Of a stretch of 64,000 bases of DNA, positions 44,209 through 54,529 are shown piece after piece. This DNA is from a virus. Location: positions 1 to 64,000 of the IMG/VR virus record IMGVR_UViG_3300005617_000117; one strand, given 5' to 3'. The notes under the pieces were generated by a model that ran no database searches, was not told the DNA's origin, and worked only from the letters and a program-made list of their open reading frames with translations. A program made the translations under genes and the position numbers. Each line of letters begins with the position of its first letter. The first letter of the stretch is position 1.

Positions 44209-45250
44209 AAGCGTAGATGGTGCAAAAATTATTAATGCATCAGACATTGAGAATCCAGAACTAAATGCCACAGGATCGTTCAGTCTAGACTTTGACTTGG
44301 TTGTGCCAATTCCCGATGGAAGAATCGTAGAAATCTATGGTGGCGAAGGTGCGGGAAAGTCCAGTCTCGCCCTTGAAATTATTGGGCAGGGCCTTAAGAA
44401 AGGCAAGAAAGCTCTATATGTAAATATGGAGCGAAGTCTTAATAGAAGCCTGCTCGAAACCATTCGAAGCATCAAGCCGTTTATTAATAAGCCGGATTCT
44501 CCACTTTCGATTATGTGGGCTCCAAATGGAGAAACCGCACTAGAACTATGTCGCAAATGGTGCGTGACTAATCCAAACTCTGTGCTCGTATTGGATTCTA
44601 TCGATGCGTGCGTGCCCGCAGCCGTGCTCACGGGCGAGATCGGCGATAGTCATATGGGTAATCACGCTAAATTAATGTCGCAGGCAATCAGAACGCTTAT
44701 CACAGCCATTGAAGATAATCATGTGGCATTCGTCTGTATTAATCAGCTTCGCAGCAAGATGAGTCCTTATGGTAATCCCAACGAGACTAGCGGCGGCAAT
44801 GCCATGAAGTATTACGCTAGTCAGCGAATTGAAGTATTGAAGCCGGGTAAAGCCGAAATGATCGTAACTACTGATGGAAACGTTCTTGGTTTCAATATGC
44901 GATACAAGGTCATTAAGAATAAGTGTGCCCCGCAAGGACAGGACGGCGTAGTACCTATTCTATATTTTAATGGCATCTACCGAGAACTAGAAATCATTAA
45001 TATGATGGCCAAGTTCGGCCTGTTACAAATGGGAGGAAAGGGCGGAGCACAAGTACAACTCCCGACGCTTGACAAGGATGGCAAGGAAACCGGAGAGCAC
45101 ATTATGTGCAGCAAGTTTAATGCTGCCCGTCGTCTTTTTACGATAGACCCAATTCTCTGTGCCCATCTGGAAAAGAAGCTAAGAGCATTCCTCATTCAAA
45201 GCACATCAACAAAGAATGTAATAGAAACAGATGAAATTTCAGAGTCTTAA
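44171..45250 (+). CDS. recA: RecA-family recombinase
   Basis: GRIVEIYGGEGAGKSS, LVLDSI, AKLMSQA, INQLRSK, ETSGGNAMKYYASQR and KNK motifs. Confidence 0.95.
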   Translation: MAKEQTLFTKEVESVDGAKIINASDIENPELNATGSFSLDFDLVVPIPDGRIVEIYGGEGAGKSSLALEIIGQGLKKGKKALYVNMERSLNRSLLETIRSIKPFINKPDSPLSIMWAPNGETALELCRKWCVTNPNSVLVLDSIDACVPAAVLTGEIGDSHMGNHAKLMSQAIRTLITAIEDNHVAFVCINQLRSKMSPYGNPNETSGGNAMKYYASQRIEVLKPGKAEMIVTTDGNVLGFNMRYKVIKNKCAPQGQDGVVPILYFNGIYRELEIINMMAKFGLLQMGGKGGAQVQLPTLDKDGKETGEHIMCSKFNAARRLFTIDPILCAHLEKKLRAFLIQSTSTKNVIETDEISES

Positions 45251-45647
45251 TGGTCAGGAAGTTCATTGCGAAGTCTCGCAGAGCAAATATCCTACCCGCA
45301 CTAAAGACCAGTGCAAGTCAGATGGCCAATTTAATCTCGGCCAGCAATTAAAATTACTTTACAAGGGCGTGCCGATTCTTGAGGAATTCCCAATTCCAGG
45401 GACCAAGCTTTCTCTTGATTTCTTTATTCCTAGTTTTAAAGCAGCCTTCGAGTTTCAAGGCTCACAGCACGATTCTTTTAACAAGTTCTTTCATGCAGAT
45501 AAAAAAGACTTTGTTAAACAGACGAAAAGAGATCAAGATAAGAAGGAGTGGTGCAAGCTGAACGCCATTAAATTAATTGAGATACGAAAGCCAGACCTTA
45601 CGTTTGATGAGCTAAAGGCGGCTATTTTGGAGATTGTGAATGGCTAA
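45231..45647 (+). CDS. PD-(D/E)XK / VSR-like (DUF559-like) endonuclease
   Basis: LEEF...LDFFIP...AFEFQGSQH...RDQDKKEWC..N.I.LIEI pattern. Confidence 0.75.
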   Translation: MKFQSLNGQEVHCEVSQSKYPTRTKDQCKSDGQFNLGQQLKLLYKGVPILEEFPIPGTKLSLDFFIPSFKAAFEFQGSQHDSFNKFFHADKKDFVKQTKRDQDKKEWCKLNAIKLIEIRKPDLTFDELKAAILEIVNG

Positions 45648-47136
45648 TATTGCCGCAGAAAAACTACTGCTGGCGTCTTTTATCAGACATCCAGATACAT
45701 TCTTTGCTTTTCAGAATTATGTAACTGAAAACGATTTCATGAGTGTGGCCCACAAGTTTGTTTTCCAGGCCATGCAAAAGCTTTATCTAGATAAGTCAAT
45801 TGATCGTATTAGCAAGATGAAGATTATCGCCGAAGCTAAAAATCTCGGCTGTGAGAACTTCATGTCCATGACCAAAGACGGAAAGCTTCTTGATGAGATT
45901 TTCGCCGAAGCACCGTCAGTCGAAGAAACTGCCAACCACTTTCAGGTTGTTAAAAAGGAAACGATTAAAAGAGCCTATCTCACAGTTAATGATGAGGTTC
46001 GCGGATACATTAATACGACTCTAGATCCTGCGATGACAATGGTGGACACGGTTGAACAAAAGTTAATCAACGTTAGCCAGCAACTAAATCATGATGACGC
46101 CCAAATTATCAATCTAGGTAAAGATGCCGAGGGTGTTATTGCGGACCTAGCCAATAATCCTGGCCATCTTGGATGGGACTTGGCATTCCCAGTGTGGCAA
46201 AATAAGATTGGTCAGATTAGAAATGGCTCGATCACATTCGTAGTTGGTACAGCCAAATCAGGCAAAAGTCAGTTTGGAATGCGTAATGCGTTGCACGTTG
46301 CCCACAAATTTAGAGCACCCGTTCTTCTTATTGACACAGAACTAAAAAAGAAAGACCAGATTGTTAGGTTGGTCGGTATGATGGCAGGAGTACCATACGA
46401 AATACTTGAGACGGGCTTCTGGAAATTGGACGACGATAAATGGGCTGGCATGAATCTAAAACCCGAACTAATTACGGCCCTCAAAGTTTATCGCCAGCGA
46501 ATGAACGACCCGATTCTTTGGTCCAAAGCACGCGAACTTCCCTTTTCTTATTTAGAGGCTAGCGGCATGGGCGTGGAAGAGGTTATTCCAAAGATTCGTA
46601 GATGGGTCATGACGACAGCAAAGCCAGACAAAATGGCTAAATTCCCACAATGTTTAATTGTATACGACTATATCAAGCTAGCAACATTCGATGAATTAAA
46701 GGGTGGCAAATTGCAAGAGTGGCAGCTTCACGGGCTTAATATGGCCGCTATGCACGATTTCGTGAACAAATGGAACGTGCCCATGATTGCTCTTGGCCAA
46801 ACCAATAACACAATTGGATACGATATTAAGATGGTGGCCGGAGCCAAGCGAATTATCGATAACGTTAGTTCGGTGACATTGCTGCATCGCAAAGACACAG
46901 ATCAAAAGTCAATGGATGGCAATGGCAACTACTTCTTAATGCCACTAGTAACACGATACGGTGCAGGACTTGAAAGAGGCCATATTAATATCGCGTTCAA
47001 TCCAGAAATTGGAGAATTTACAGAACTTGGTTTAAGTCAAATCGATTACCGAGAAGAGCAGAAGAAACGACTAGAAGAATGGAAGCAGGAAAAGAAGAAT
47101 AATAATAAGAAGTCAAAAGATGACTACGATGATTAA
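45640..47136 (+). CDS. dnaB: replicative DNA helicase
   Basis: N-terminal AEK.LL...F...H...F domain, Walker A GTAKSGKS, IDTE, IVYDYIKL, LGQ and TRYG. Confidence 0.9.
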   Translation: MANIAAEKLLLASFIRHPDTFFAFQNYVTENDFMSVAHKFVFQAMQKLYLDKSIDRISKMKIIAEAKNLGCENFMSMTKDGKLLDEIFAEAPSVEETANHFQVVKKETIKRAYLTVNDEVRGYINTTLDPAMTMVDTVEQKLINVSQQLNHDDAQIINLGKDAEGVIADLANNPGHLGWDLAFPVWQNKIGQIRNGSITFVVGTAKSGKSQFGMRNALHVAHKFRAPVLLIDTELKKKDQIVRLVGMMAGVPYEILETGFWKLDDDKWAGMNLKPELITALKVYRQRMNDPILWSKARELPFSYLEASGMGVEEVIPKIRRWVMTTAKPDKMAKFPQCLIVYDYIKLATFDELKGGKLQEWQLHGLNMAAMHDFVNKWNVPMIALGQTNNTIGYDIKMVAGAKRIIDNVSSVTLLHRKDTDQKSMDGNGNYFLMPLVTRYGAGLERGHINIAFNPEIGEFTELGLSQIDYREEQKKRLEEWKQEKKNNNKKSKDDYDD

Positions 47137-48148
47137 ACTCGATCGTACCAAGCTTAAAGATCATGCCAACGCCAACATTAATCGCATCCTTGATATTTTA
47201 GGAATAACGTATCGTCGGAGCGGCGATCTTATTCAGGCGTCGTGCCCATGCAAACAACATCCGGGGGATGGCGATAATCCAACTGCATTTTCTTGGCGAG
47301 ATAGCGTAGGACATTGGGTTTGCTGGACACATCATTGCGAACAAGAATTGGGGGCAGACGTTTTTGGTCTTATTCGCAGCGTTGTCGGCTGTGGCTTTAA
47401 CGATTCGCTTGATTGGGTTGCAACCTTTTTAAGCAATCACAAAATCAATATTGATGAACAGCCAAAAACGAAATATAAGAATAGTGGCCCATCTTTAAGA
47501 ATCCATGAGCCATTGAACGAATCTCTTATTCGATATCTTCAACCGAATTACGACTATCTACTTGGTCGCGGATATAAACTAGAAACTCTCAAAAAGTTCG
47601 AGATTGGATTTTGGAATCGATTGGGCACATTCATGCATAATCGTCAAATCTTTCCGATTAGAGATATTCGCGGCAGCCTTGTGGGATTTTCTGGTCGCAC
47701 CATTTATCCAGAAGCAGATTGGGGCAAGTATCAGATTAAAGCAAAATGGGTGCATGGACGCTATTATGATAGATGGCCGAAACTGGACGAATTAAAAACT
47801 GGCTCGCTTCTATTTAATCTTGATAAGGCAAAAGATCATATCGGTCTTCAAAAGACCCTCATACTTGTTGAGGGGCCATTAGACGGCTTAAGATTAGACG
47901 AGGCCGGTTTCTATAATTGGGTAGCTTTATTAGGATGTAACTTCGGAGCCTCCCATAGATCACTACTAGTTTCTTTAGGGATTAATAATCTAGTCATGGC
48001 TCTTGATATAGATAAAGCGGGAACTAACGCAACATCTAAAATCGAGAGATCATTGTCGGAATTTTTCCATATTCATAAGCCAGTAATGCAAAATGATCCT
48101 GGCAAAACTTCTATAGAGGATCTAAAGAAAATCTTTAATGCTTATTAA
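47120..48148 (+). CDS. dnaG: DNA primase (start may be 47129)
   Basis: Zinc finger CPCKQH...CWTHHC, NRQIFPIRD...VGFSGR, TOPRIM LVEGPLD and DIDKAG. Confidence 0.92.
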   Translation: MTTMIKLDRTKLKDHANANINRILDILGITYRRSGDLIQASCPCKQHPGDGDNPTAFSWRDSVGHWVCWTHHCEQELGADVFGLIRSVVGCGFNDSLDWVATFLSNHKINIDEQPKTKYKNSGPSLRIHEPLNESLIRYLQPNYDYLLGRGYKLETLKKFEIGFWNRLGTFMHNRQIFPIRDIRGSLVGFSGRTIYPEADWGKYQIKAKWVHGRYYDRWPKLDELKTGSLLFNLDKAKDHIGLQKTLILVEGPLDGLRLDEAGFYNWVALLGCNFGASHRSLLVSLGINNLVMALDIDKAGTNATSKIERSLSEFFHIHKPVMQNDPGKTSIEDLKKIFNAY

Positions 48149-49079
48149 AAATGCTAGTGCCTCTCGAATAGAAACGTTCAATACCTGTCTTTTCAAGTAT
48201 TGGCTTACTTATCACGAGAAAGCAAAATTAAAATCTAATTGGGGAGCGACGCACGGCAGTCTACTTCATGACATTTTAGAGAAGTTTGCTAATGGCACAG
48301 ACAAAGATTGGATGGATCGTCTATACAAGGGGTATGGCGGAGTATTAATTACCGAAGACAAGTTTGGTGCCAAGATCACTATGGAGTCTCCATTAGCTTG
48401 GGCTAAACCAGATGATTATGCCAATGTCCAACCAGAATGTGATGGATGCAAATACGCCAAAGATGGCCAGTGCTCTATCAGTTTGCAGAAGTTAGATGCC
48501 TTAAAAGGTTGTCCAAAGGATCTCTTCGATAATAGTATAAGAATCTTAGAGGACGTATTCCGTCGATATGACCCTCTATATTCTAATGCAGAAATGTTGG
48601 TTGGTACAGAATATAAGATAGAGTTTATGATTCCCGAGACGGAAACTCCACTCATTTGCATATTAGACCTCGTTATAAACCGAGGTAATGGTGTCTTAGA
48701 GGTCATCGATTATAAGTTTGGCAAACACACCAAAGACTTTGATGAGCTAAGCACGGATGTACAAGCAAGAATATGTTCCTACGCTGCCCGCAAAGAATTT
48801 ATAGAAGACATAAATAAAAAGGGGCATAAGTTCACGAATGTATTCTTGACTTTTGATTATTTCTCGAAGGCACCATCGACTGTTGCCTTTACTGCGATTC
48901 AGGACAGTGCCACAGAAAAGTCTCTTATTCTTACTGTGAAGAAAATTAAGAATACGGACGAAGTAACCAGAGTATGTGGCAGCAAAGACCCGAGCACTCA
49001 ATGGAAGTGTAAAGCCATGTGCGATCCAGTTGTTTGTAACAAACTATGGAAGGGAAACTTTAAGCTTGAATCTAATTGA
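48138..49079 (+). CDS. PD-(D/E)XK nuclease, Cas4/AddB-like with Cys clusters
   Basis: SASRIETFNTC, G..LHDILE, E...LD...IDYK, Q...Y motifs and C-terminal CKAMC...C. Confidence 0.85.
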   Translation: MLIKNASASRIETFNTCLFKYWLTYHEKAKLKSNWGATHGSLLHDILEKFANGTDKDWMDRLYKGYGGVLITEDKFGAKITMESPLAWAKPDDYANVQPECDGCKYAKDGQCSISLQKLDALKGCPKDLFDNSIRILEDVFRRYDPLYSNAEMLVGTEYKIEFMIPETETPLICILDLVINRGNGVLEVIDYKFGKHTKDFDELSTDVQARICSYAARKEFIEDINKKGHKFTNVFLTFDYFSKAPSTVAFTAIQDSATEKSLILTVKKIKNTDEVTRVCGSKDPSTQWKCKAMCDPVVCNKLWKGNFKLESN

Positions 49080-49632
49080 ACACGGCATTAGTCTTAAAAA
49101 ACGCCGAATATTCCTTTCGGGGGAATTGGAAGCTGATAATGCGGATACTGTGATGCGAGCACTGATCCGTATGGCAGACATTAGTGCCGACCCAATCGAT
49201 CTTATAGTGAATTCTCCAGGCGGAGAACTATACGACGCTTTCGCTATTTATGACATAATGAAGACGGTTCCGAACATTATTAGAACTCTTGCGATTGGTC
49301 AATGTCAATCGGCTGTCCCACTTCTAGTGGCGGCGGGCAGCCCCGGCTTCAGATATAGTTTTCCCAATTGCCATTTTATGGTGCATGACATTTGGATTGA
49401 AGGGGCACCGGATGCAACGGTAGAAGCTGCCGCAAAAGAGTTACGTCATACTAAACAGCTAAGAACAAAGTATTTAGAATTAATGACCGCGAATACCAAG
49501 ATTGGTATGGTAGAGTGGAAGAAAATCTGTAGAAAGCCCGGGGACATGTTCTTTGGGCCGAACGAGGCATTGAAGTACGGCATTATTGACAACATAGCAA
49601 CGAAGGACGTATGGAATGGCATTAAAACTTAA
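49066..49632 (+). CDS. clpP: ClpP protease proteolytic subunit
   Basis: RRIFLSGE, I.L.VNSPGG, GQCQSA (Ser), FMVH (His), GDMF (Asp), EALKYGIID. Likely TTG start at 49066. Confidence 0.9.
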   Translation: MNLIEHGISLKKRRIFLSGELEADNADTVMRALIRMADISADPIDLIVNSPGGELYDAFAIYDIMKTVPNIIRTLAIGQCQSAVPLLVAAGSPGFRYSFPNCHFMVHDIWIEGAPDATVEAAAKELRHTKQLRTKYLELMTANTKIGMVEWKKICRKPGDMFFGPNEALKYGIIDNIATKDVWNGIKT

Positions 49633-50239
49633 GATATTCGCTTGCGATAACGATCACAAGATTCTTTCGAGCAGTAAGAACGAAAGCCGTTTCGACAAGG
49701 GCAAAATAGTCTGTGGCACTTGTGGTAAACGCATGTCCGCATTTAAGTCTGCATCTTGGAGTGCTTCTAAGCATTTTCTTTGCGAGCACGGCCACGTTAT
49801 TACGATCACTCCATTTAATAACGGCAATTGCAACCTCTCGTGGGGAGGCAGACAGGGCGAATATACAAATGTTGACAAGACGCCAGAAGAATTTACAGCC
49901 CTTTTGAATGAGAAAAAAGTATTGTGTCCGGTCGGATCTTGCGGATCTAATCTTACATCTTTAGAGGGGAATCATCTAGAAGTTCCCAAGCTATTAGTTG
50001 CCAAGACTAGAACAAGGGTTGGCGACCTATGGGATAGACAAGGATGCCCACGCCCGGTCGCGGGGAGCTACGATAAGAATTATAATTTCCGTGAATCTGA
50101 ATTTACTCAGCGGAATAAAGAGCGAGTTAAGAAGTTAAAAACAAAGCGAAATACCAAGCCTGTTGGAGAAATAATAACGAAGGCCACAGAGAAAAACTAC
50201 AAGAGCGGCGAAAAAGCTCCAACAAAAGAAGACCTATGA
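49616..50239 (+). CDS. Cys/His-rich zinc-ribbon protein with basic tail
   Basis: CDNDH, CGTC, CEHGH and CPVGSC motifs. Confidence 0.65.
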   Translation: MALKLKIFACDNDHKILSSSKNESRFDKGKIVCGTCGKRMSAFKSASWSASKHFLCEHGHVITITPFNNGNCNLSWGGRQGEYTNVDKTPEEFTALLNEKKVLCPVGSCGSNLTSLEGNHLEVPKLLVAKTRTRVGDLWDRQGCPRPVAGSYDKNYNFRESEFTQRNKERVKKLKTKRNTKPVGEIITKATEKNYKSGEKAPTKEDL

Positions 50240-53200
50240 AATCATTTACACACTTACATCTACATTCTAGAGCGTCTTTCTTGGACGCATCTTGCTCACC
50301 AGAAGCCATTGCCAAGGCGGCAAAAGACGCCGGGATGGCTTCTATTGCTATTACTGACCACAATAACCTATTCAATGCAATTCCTTTTTACAAGGCTTGT
50401 CAGAAGCAAGGAATAAAGCCTATTCTTGGTATTGAATTAAACGTCGTTGAAGATTGTGCCGAGAGTATCCAGCTAAAGACCAAAGATGTATATCATGTAG
50501 TTTTGCTGGCAGAAAATAACGTTGGCTGGAATAATATCATTAAGATGGTAAATCTTGCTAACGACGAGAAGCATTTTTATTATTCACCACGCATTGATTT
50601 TAAGATTCTAGAAAGTCATAAAGACGGCGTTATTCTACTGACATCTTGTCATAGTGGTATTCTGGCAAAAAATATCGTCTTTAATGACGATGGAGAAGTA
50701 AGCAATACATTCAAGGCAGAAGCAATCACAAGAAAGCTTCTTAGTATTTTTGACAGAGATCACTTCTATATTGAAGTACAAGACCTCAAGGAATCAAAAT
50801 ATCTAAAGATTAACGAGGCACTTCGTAAAGTTGGTATGAAATACGGTATTAAAACCGTCGCCACGAATGATGTTCATTACGTTGAATCTAAAGATGCCGA
50901 AGCCCATAAAGCCCTGCGTAAGATGGCAGAGTTTCAGTACAATAGAATGAGCGGCAGTTCTTTTGAGACGGACGAATATTATCTCAAAACGCGAACGGAA
51001 ATGGATGGCCTTACGTTCTCAGAAGAAGAGAAAGACTTAACCAATGATATTGCCAATAGATGCAATGTCACAATTAACTTTGCCGAAAAAAGGCTACCAT
51101 CTTACGGCTTCTTACCAGAAGGTAAGACTGCCATGCAAACTTTACGAGAGACAGTTAAAACAGCTACACACGATTGGGCTCCAGATTATCAGGCAAGGCT
51201 CGAAAGAGAGCTTAAGGACATTGAGACGCTCGGCTTTGCCGATTATTTCTTAATTGTTGCCGACGTAGTGAATTGGGCGAAAACTCAAAATATGCTTGTT
51301 GGTCCTGGACGTGGCTCGGCTGGCGGCAGTCTTGTAAGTTATGCACTAGGCGTTACGAATATTAATCCTATGAAATATGGGCTCATTTGGGAGCGATTCC
51401 TTAACGTTGGTCGCAAGAGTCTACCAGATATTGATACAGACTTCCCTCGTTCTCAGCGGGCCGCAGTGATCGATTATATTAAAGCTAGATTCGGTCACGA
51501 AAAGGTAACACAGTTGGCAACCTTCAATAAATTGGCTGCCCGTGCCGTACTTAAAGAAGTCTTTAAGATTTATGGTATGCCGTTCGATGAGGCCAACATT
51601 ATTACATCGCTTTTGCCTCTTAAAAATGACGAGCACTCACAGATTACGCTCGATGAAGCGATTACAATGGTGCCAGAATTAAAAGCATATGAGGACAAGT
51701 ACAAGGCTTGGTTTTCCGTTGCAAGGGCTCTAGAGGGCTGCTACAAGTCCCTTGGCACGCACGCCGCCGCCGTCGTAATCTCCAACAAGAACTTCTCTGA
51801 GGGCGAATATCCGCTATGCCGCTCCTCGGACGATAAGTCATTAATTTTCGCCTGGGACATGCAGGCCGTAGATGATCTTGGTCTACTTAAGTTGGACGTA
51901 CTAGGCTTATCCACCCTTGATATTATTCAGGATACTTTGGATATTGCAAACAAACGTCACAATCTAAATATAACTCTTGATACCATTCCCCTCGATGATG
52001 AAAAGACGTTTACTCTCTTGGCCGAAGGCAAGACGGTTGGAGTATTCCAGCTAGAAAAGCAACTAGGTAGAACTTGGAGCAAGCAACTTGCACCAAAATC
52101 AATCGAAGAGATTTCGGACTTAGTTTCGCTCATTCGCCCTGGGCCGATGGAATCAAAGATGCATGAAATGTATAGGGACGTAAAGGCTGGCGAACGAATG
52201 CCAGATTACGTGCATCATTCCCTAAAACCAATTTTGGACCCGACTTACGGTGCTCTACTTTATCAGGAACAGGTAATTGAGATTTGTAAAGTCTTAGCCG
52301 GTATGTCTCTGATCGACGCCGACTTAGTAAGAAAGGCGATGGGTAAAAAGAAGCCCGAAGAAATGCGTAAGTGGCAGAAGACGTTCGTAGATGGCTGTGT
52401 AAAGAATAGCATTCCAGAGGATGCCGCCGAACAGATTTGGTCTTATATCGACAAATTCTCTGGATACGGCTTTAACAAGTCGCACGGAATCGGCTATGCC
52501 CTACTGGCTTATTACACGGCTTATTTAAAGGCCAACTACACGGTTGAATTTGTTTGTGCCAACCTTAAGAATAGCGAAGGGGCCCAAGACACTCTTGAAG
52601 ACATTAATCAATTCGTTCACGACAGCAAGCTCTTTAACATTGAGATAACGCCGCCTCGTATCGAGCAGGGCAATTCGGATTTCGAGATTACTAGTGATAA
52701 TAAGATTGCCTTTGGTCTATCCTTCTTAAAGGGGGCTGGCGAAAAAGGCATTGATAATGCCCGTCGAGCTTATGCAGCTATGCCTAAATCCGACATTCAC
52801 AATTTCATATTTCAGGCTTACGAGACAAGCGTGAATCGCAGAGTCATGGAATCTCTTATTTATAGCGGGGCTCTTGATTCGTTTGGCATGTCTAGAAGTC
52901 AAGCCTACGCTCACTTCAATCTATATGAATCCCTAACCCCCGCTGAAAGAAAGATTATTACAGACCATCCAGAATATGCGTGGGTCAATGTTGTGAAGGC
53001 CCTGGCGGATGATGTGCGTTCAGTTGCCATGAAAGAACAGTGGCAAGTTAAAATTCCCAACGTTAGACGCCGAGCGACATTACGCGAACTACTAAAAGAG
53101 TATGATGCGAGCGACACATTCGACGGCTTCGTATCTAAGATTGGTTGGGAAAAGACGTATCTTGGTATTGCTCTCAGCGGAGACGAAACAAGTTTATTTG

Positions 53201-53490
53201 TGTCCAAGAATAAATGCAGCGATATCATAAACTTTGGTGGAGAGGATATGCCCATCGAAGTTATTGTGAGAATTGAGAATATTAAAAAGGTATTAACAAA
53301 GACAAAGCAAGAAGAAATGGCGTTCTTAACAGTTACAGATAATACAGCTAAATTAGATAACTTTGTTGTGTTCCCGCGAGCCTGGAACTATATTAAGAAT
53401 GCCATATTAATTGGTAATATTGCTAGAATTAAAGGCAAAATAGATAAGCGGGGATCTGTTCTAGTGGATAGGTTGGAGCGTGTAAGATGA
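50236..53490 (+). CDS. dnaE: DNA polymerase III alpha subunit
   Basis: PHP motifs HLHLHS, AITDH and ATNDVHY. GPGRGSAGGSLV, PDIDTD, KLDVLGL, LYQEQ, YGFNKSH, C-terminal OB fold. No intein seen. Confidence 0.97.
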   Translation: MKSFTHLHLHSRASFLDASCSPEAIAKAAKDAGMASIAITDHNNLFNAIPFYKACQKQGIKPILGIELNVVEDCAESIQLKTKDVYHVVLLAENNVGWNNIIKMVNLANDEKHFYYSPRIDFKILESHKDGVILLTSCHSGILAKNIVFNDDGEVSNTFKAEAITRKLLSIFDRDHFYIEVQDLKESKYLKINEALRKVGMKYGIKTVATNDVHYVESKDAEAHKALRKMAEFQYNRMSGSSFETDEYYLKTRTEMDGLTFSEEEKDLTNDIANRCNVTINFAEKRLPSYGFLPEGKTAMQTLRETVKTATHDWAPDYQARLERELKDIETLGFADYFLIVADVVNWAKTQNMLVGPGRGSAGGSLVSYALGVTNINPMKYGLIWERFLNVGRKSLPDIDTDFPRSQRAAVIDYIKARFGHEKVTQLATFNKLAARAVLKEVFKIYGMPFDEANIITSLLPLKNDEHSQITLDEAITMVPELKAYEDKYKAWFSVARALEGCYKSLGTHAAAVVISNKNFSEGEYPLCRSSDDKSLIFAWDMQAVDDLGLLKLDVLGLSTLDIIQDTLDIANKRHNLNITLDTIPLDDEKTFTLLAEGKTVGVFQLEKQLGRTWSKQLAPKSIEEISDLVSLIRPGPMESKMHEMYRDVKAGERMPDYVHHSLKPILDPTYGALLYQEQVIEICKVLAGMSLIDADLVRKAMGKKKPEEMRKWQKTFVDGCVKNSIPEDAAEQIWSYIDKFSGYGFNKSHGIGYALLAYYTAYLKANYTVEFVCANLKNSEGAQDTLEDINQFVHDSKLFNIEITPPRIEQGNSDFEITSDNKIAFGLSFLKGAGEKGIDNARRAYAAMPKSDIHNFIFQAYETSVNRRVMESLIYSGALDSFGMSRSQAYAHFNLYESLTPAERKIITDHPEYAWVNVVKALADDVRSVAMKEQWQVKIPNVRRRATLRELLKEYDASDTFDGFVSKIGWEKTYLGIALSGDETSLFVSKNKCSDIINFGGEDMPIEVIVRIENIKKVLTKTKQEEMAFLTVTDNTAKLDNFVVFPRAWNYIKNAILIGNIARIKGKIDKRGSVLVDRLERVR

Positions 53491-53726
53491 CACAATACGA
53501 ATATAAAATTGTCGAACTCGAATTACCAGAGGATCTAAGTGCTGCTGTTGCACACGCCTTCCTGGGCAATCCGTTAAATCCACAACAGCGTCAGAGTTTG
53601 AATACGTTTGTAGAAAAGAAATTAAACGAATTAGGTAAAAATGGCTGGCTACTGCATAATAGTGGATTAGCTACTATACCAACTTTACTGGTTTACAAAA
53701 CCAAAGGAGCAAGAAATGTCAGATAA
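53487..53726 (+). CDS. DUF4177-like small protein
   Basis: QYEYKIVEL...LNELGKNGW.L pattern. Confidence 0.65.
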   Translation: MTQYEYKIVELELPEDLSAAVAHAFLGNPLNPQQRQSLNTFVEKKLNELGKNGWLLHNSGLATIPTLLVYKTKGARNVR

Positions 53727-54129
53727 GATTGTACAAACCCTAACAGGTCGTATTTTTAAGGAGCCAACTACTACAGAGAAGGCTATTCGTGTAGAAGTTG
53801 TTTCTAATCTATATGACCGTCAGCAGGACGGCTCTGCCGGATCTCACCCACTTTACACGACCATTATCCTAACTGGTGGTCTTATGAAGCTATGGGCCGG
53901 TCGCATGGGAGAACTCGTCAAGGGTGCTCGCGTAAGCGTCACGGGCGATTGGAACTTCTCACTCTTCCAGAAGCGAGACAATACGCCGGGATTCTCGGGC
54001 TCACTTTTCCCGCTTATCTTTGAAGTCAATCCTCCACGTTCACAGTCAACGGGAACCACGGAAGCGGCCCCCGCTGCTGCTGCCGCTGCTACGACTCAGG
54101 GTCCGAAGGAAGATGACCTACCTTTCTAA
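53716..54129 (+). CDS. ssb: single-stranded DNA-binding protein
   Basis: OB-fold-like LTGRI...P and LVKGARVSVTG. Acidic tail ending DDLPF. RBS aaggag. Confidence 0.88.
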   Translation: MSDKIVQTLTGRIFKEPTTTEKAIRVEVVSNLYDRQQDGSAGSHPLYTTIILTGGLMKLWAGRMGELVKGARVSVTGDWNFSLFQKRDNTPGFSGSLFPLIFEVNPPRSQSTGTTEAAPAAAAAATTQGPKEDDLPF

Positions 54130-54529
54130 TCTGATTCAGAACATAGCCAAAGATATTTGCCGCTGTAATCACTGTTCCGGTCTATTTGACGACCTCTGCC
54201 AAATAGGTGCATTGACAGCAGATAAACTAGCACATAAATCTAGTCCGTATATTGCGATATCGGTTCGGCGTGCCATGTTAAAAGCGGTCCCTCAGAGACA
54301 GCCGGAGTCTCTTGGGGACCGTGATTATGCAGATACTCGCGGGATAGATTTAAGTCCCGAATTTTACATTAATGATTTAATAGCATCTGACCAAGAACGA
54401 AGTATTTTCATACAGCATTATTTATACAATGTTTCCGTCGATAAGATCGCGGAAGCCACCAAAATGTCTGTCAGTGCTATCTATAGAATACTATCTCGTT
54501 TAAGGAAGGATCTTGTTAATGCCATCTAA
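54113..54529 (+). CDS. ECF-like sigma factor (divergent region 2 plus region-4 HTH)
   Basis: FDDLCQIGAL...Y....VRRAM resembles region 2. ERSIFIQHY...SVDKIAEATKMSVSAIYRILSRLR resembles region 4. ATG 54113. Confidence 0.7.
   Translation: MTYLSNLIQNIAKDICRCNHCSGLFDDLCQIGALTADKLAHKSSPYIAISVRRAMLKAVPQRQPESLGDRDYADTRGIDLSPEFYINDLIASDQERSIFIQHYLYNVSVDKIAEATKMSVSAIYRILSRLRKDLVNAI

Noticed and set aside
48138-49079. CRISPR-Cas system suggested by the Cas4-like nuclease
   Set aside because: No repeat-spacer array, cas1/cas2 or effector gene in the window. Solo Cas4-like nucleases are common in phage replication modules.
44171-53490. Inteins or introns in RecA, DnaB or DnaE (TerL also checked)
   Set aside because: Lengths are normal, conserved motifs are contiguous, and no intein splice motifs or homing endonuclease domains were seen.
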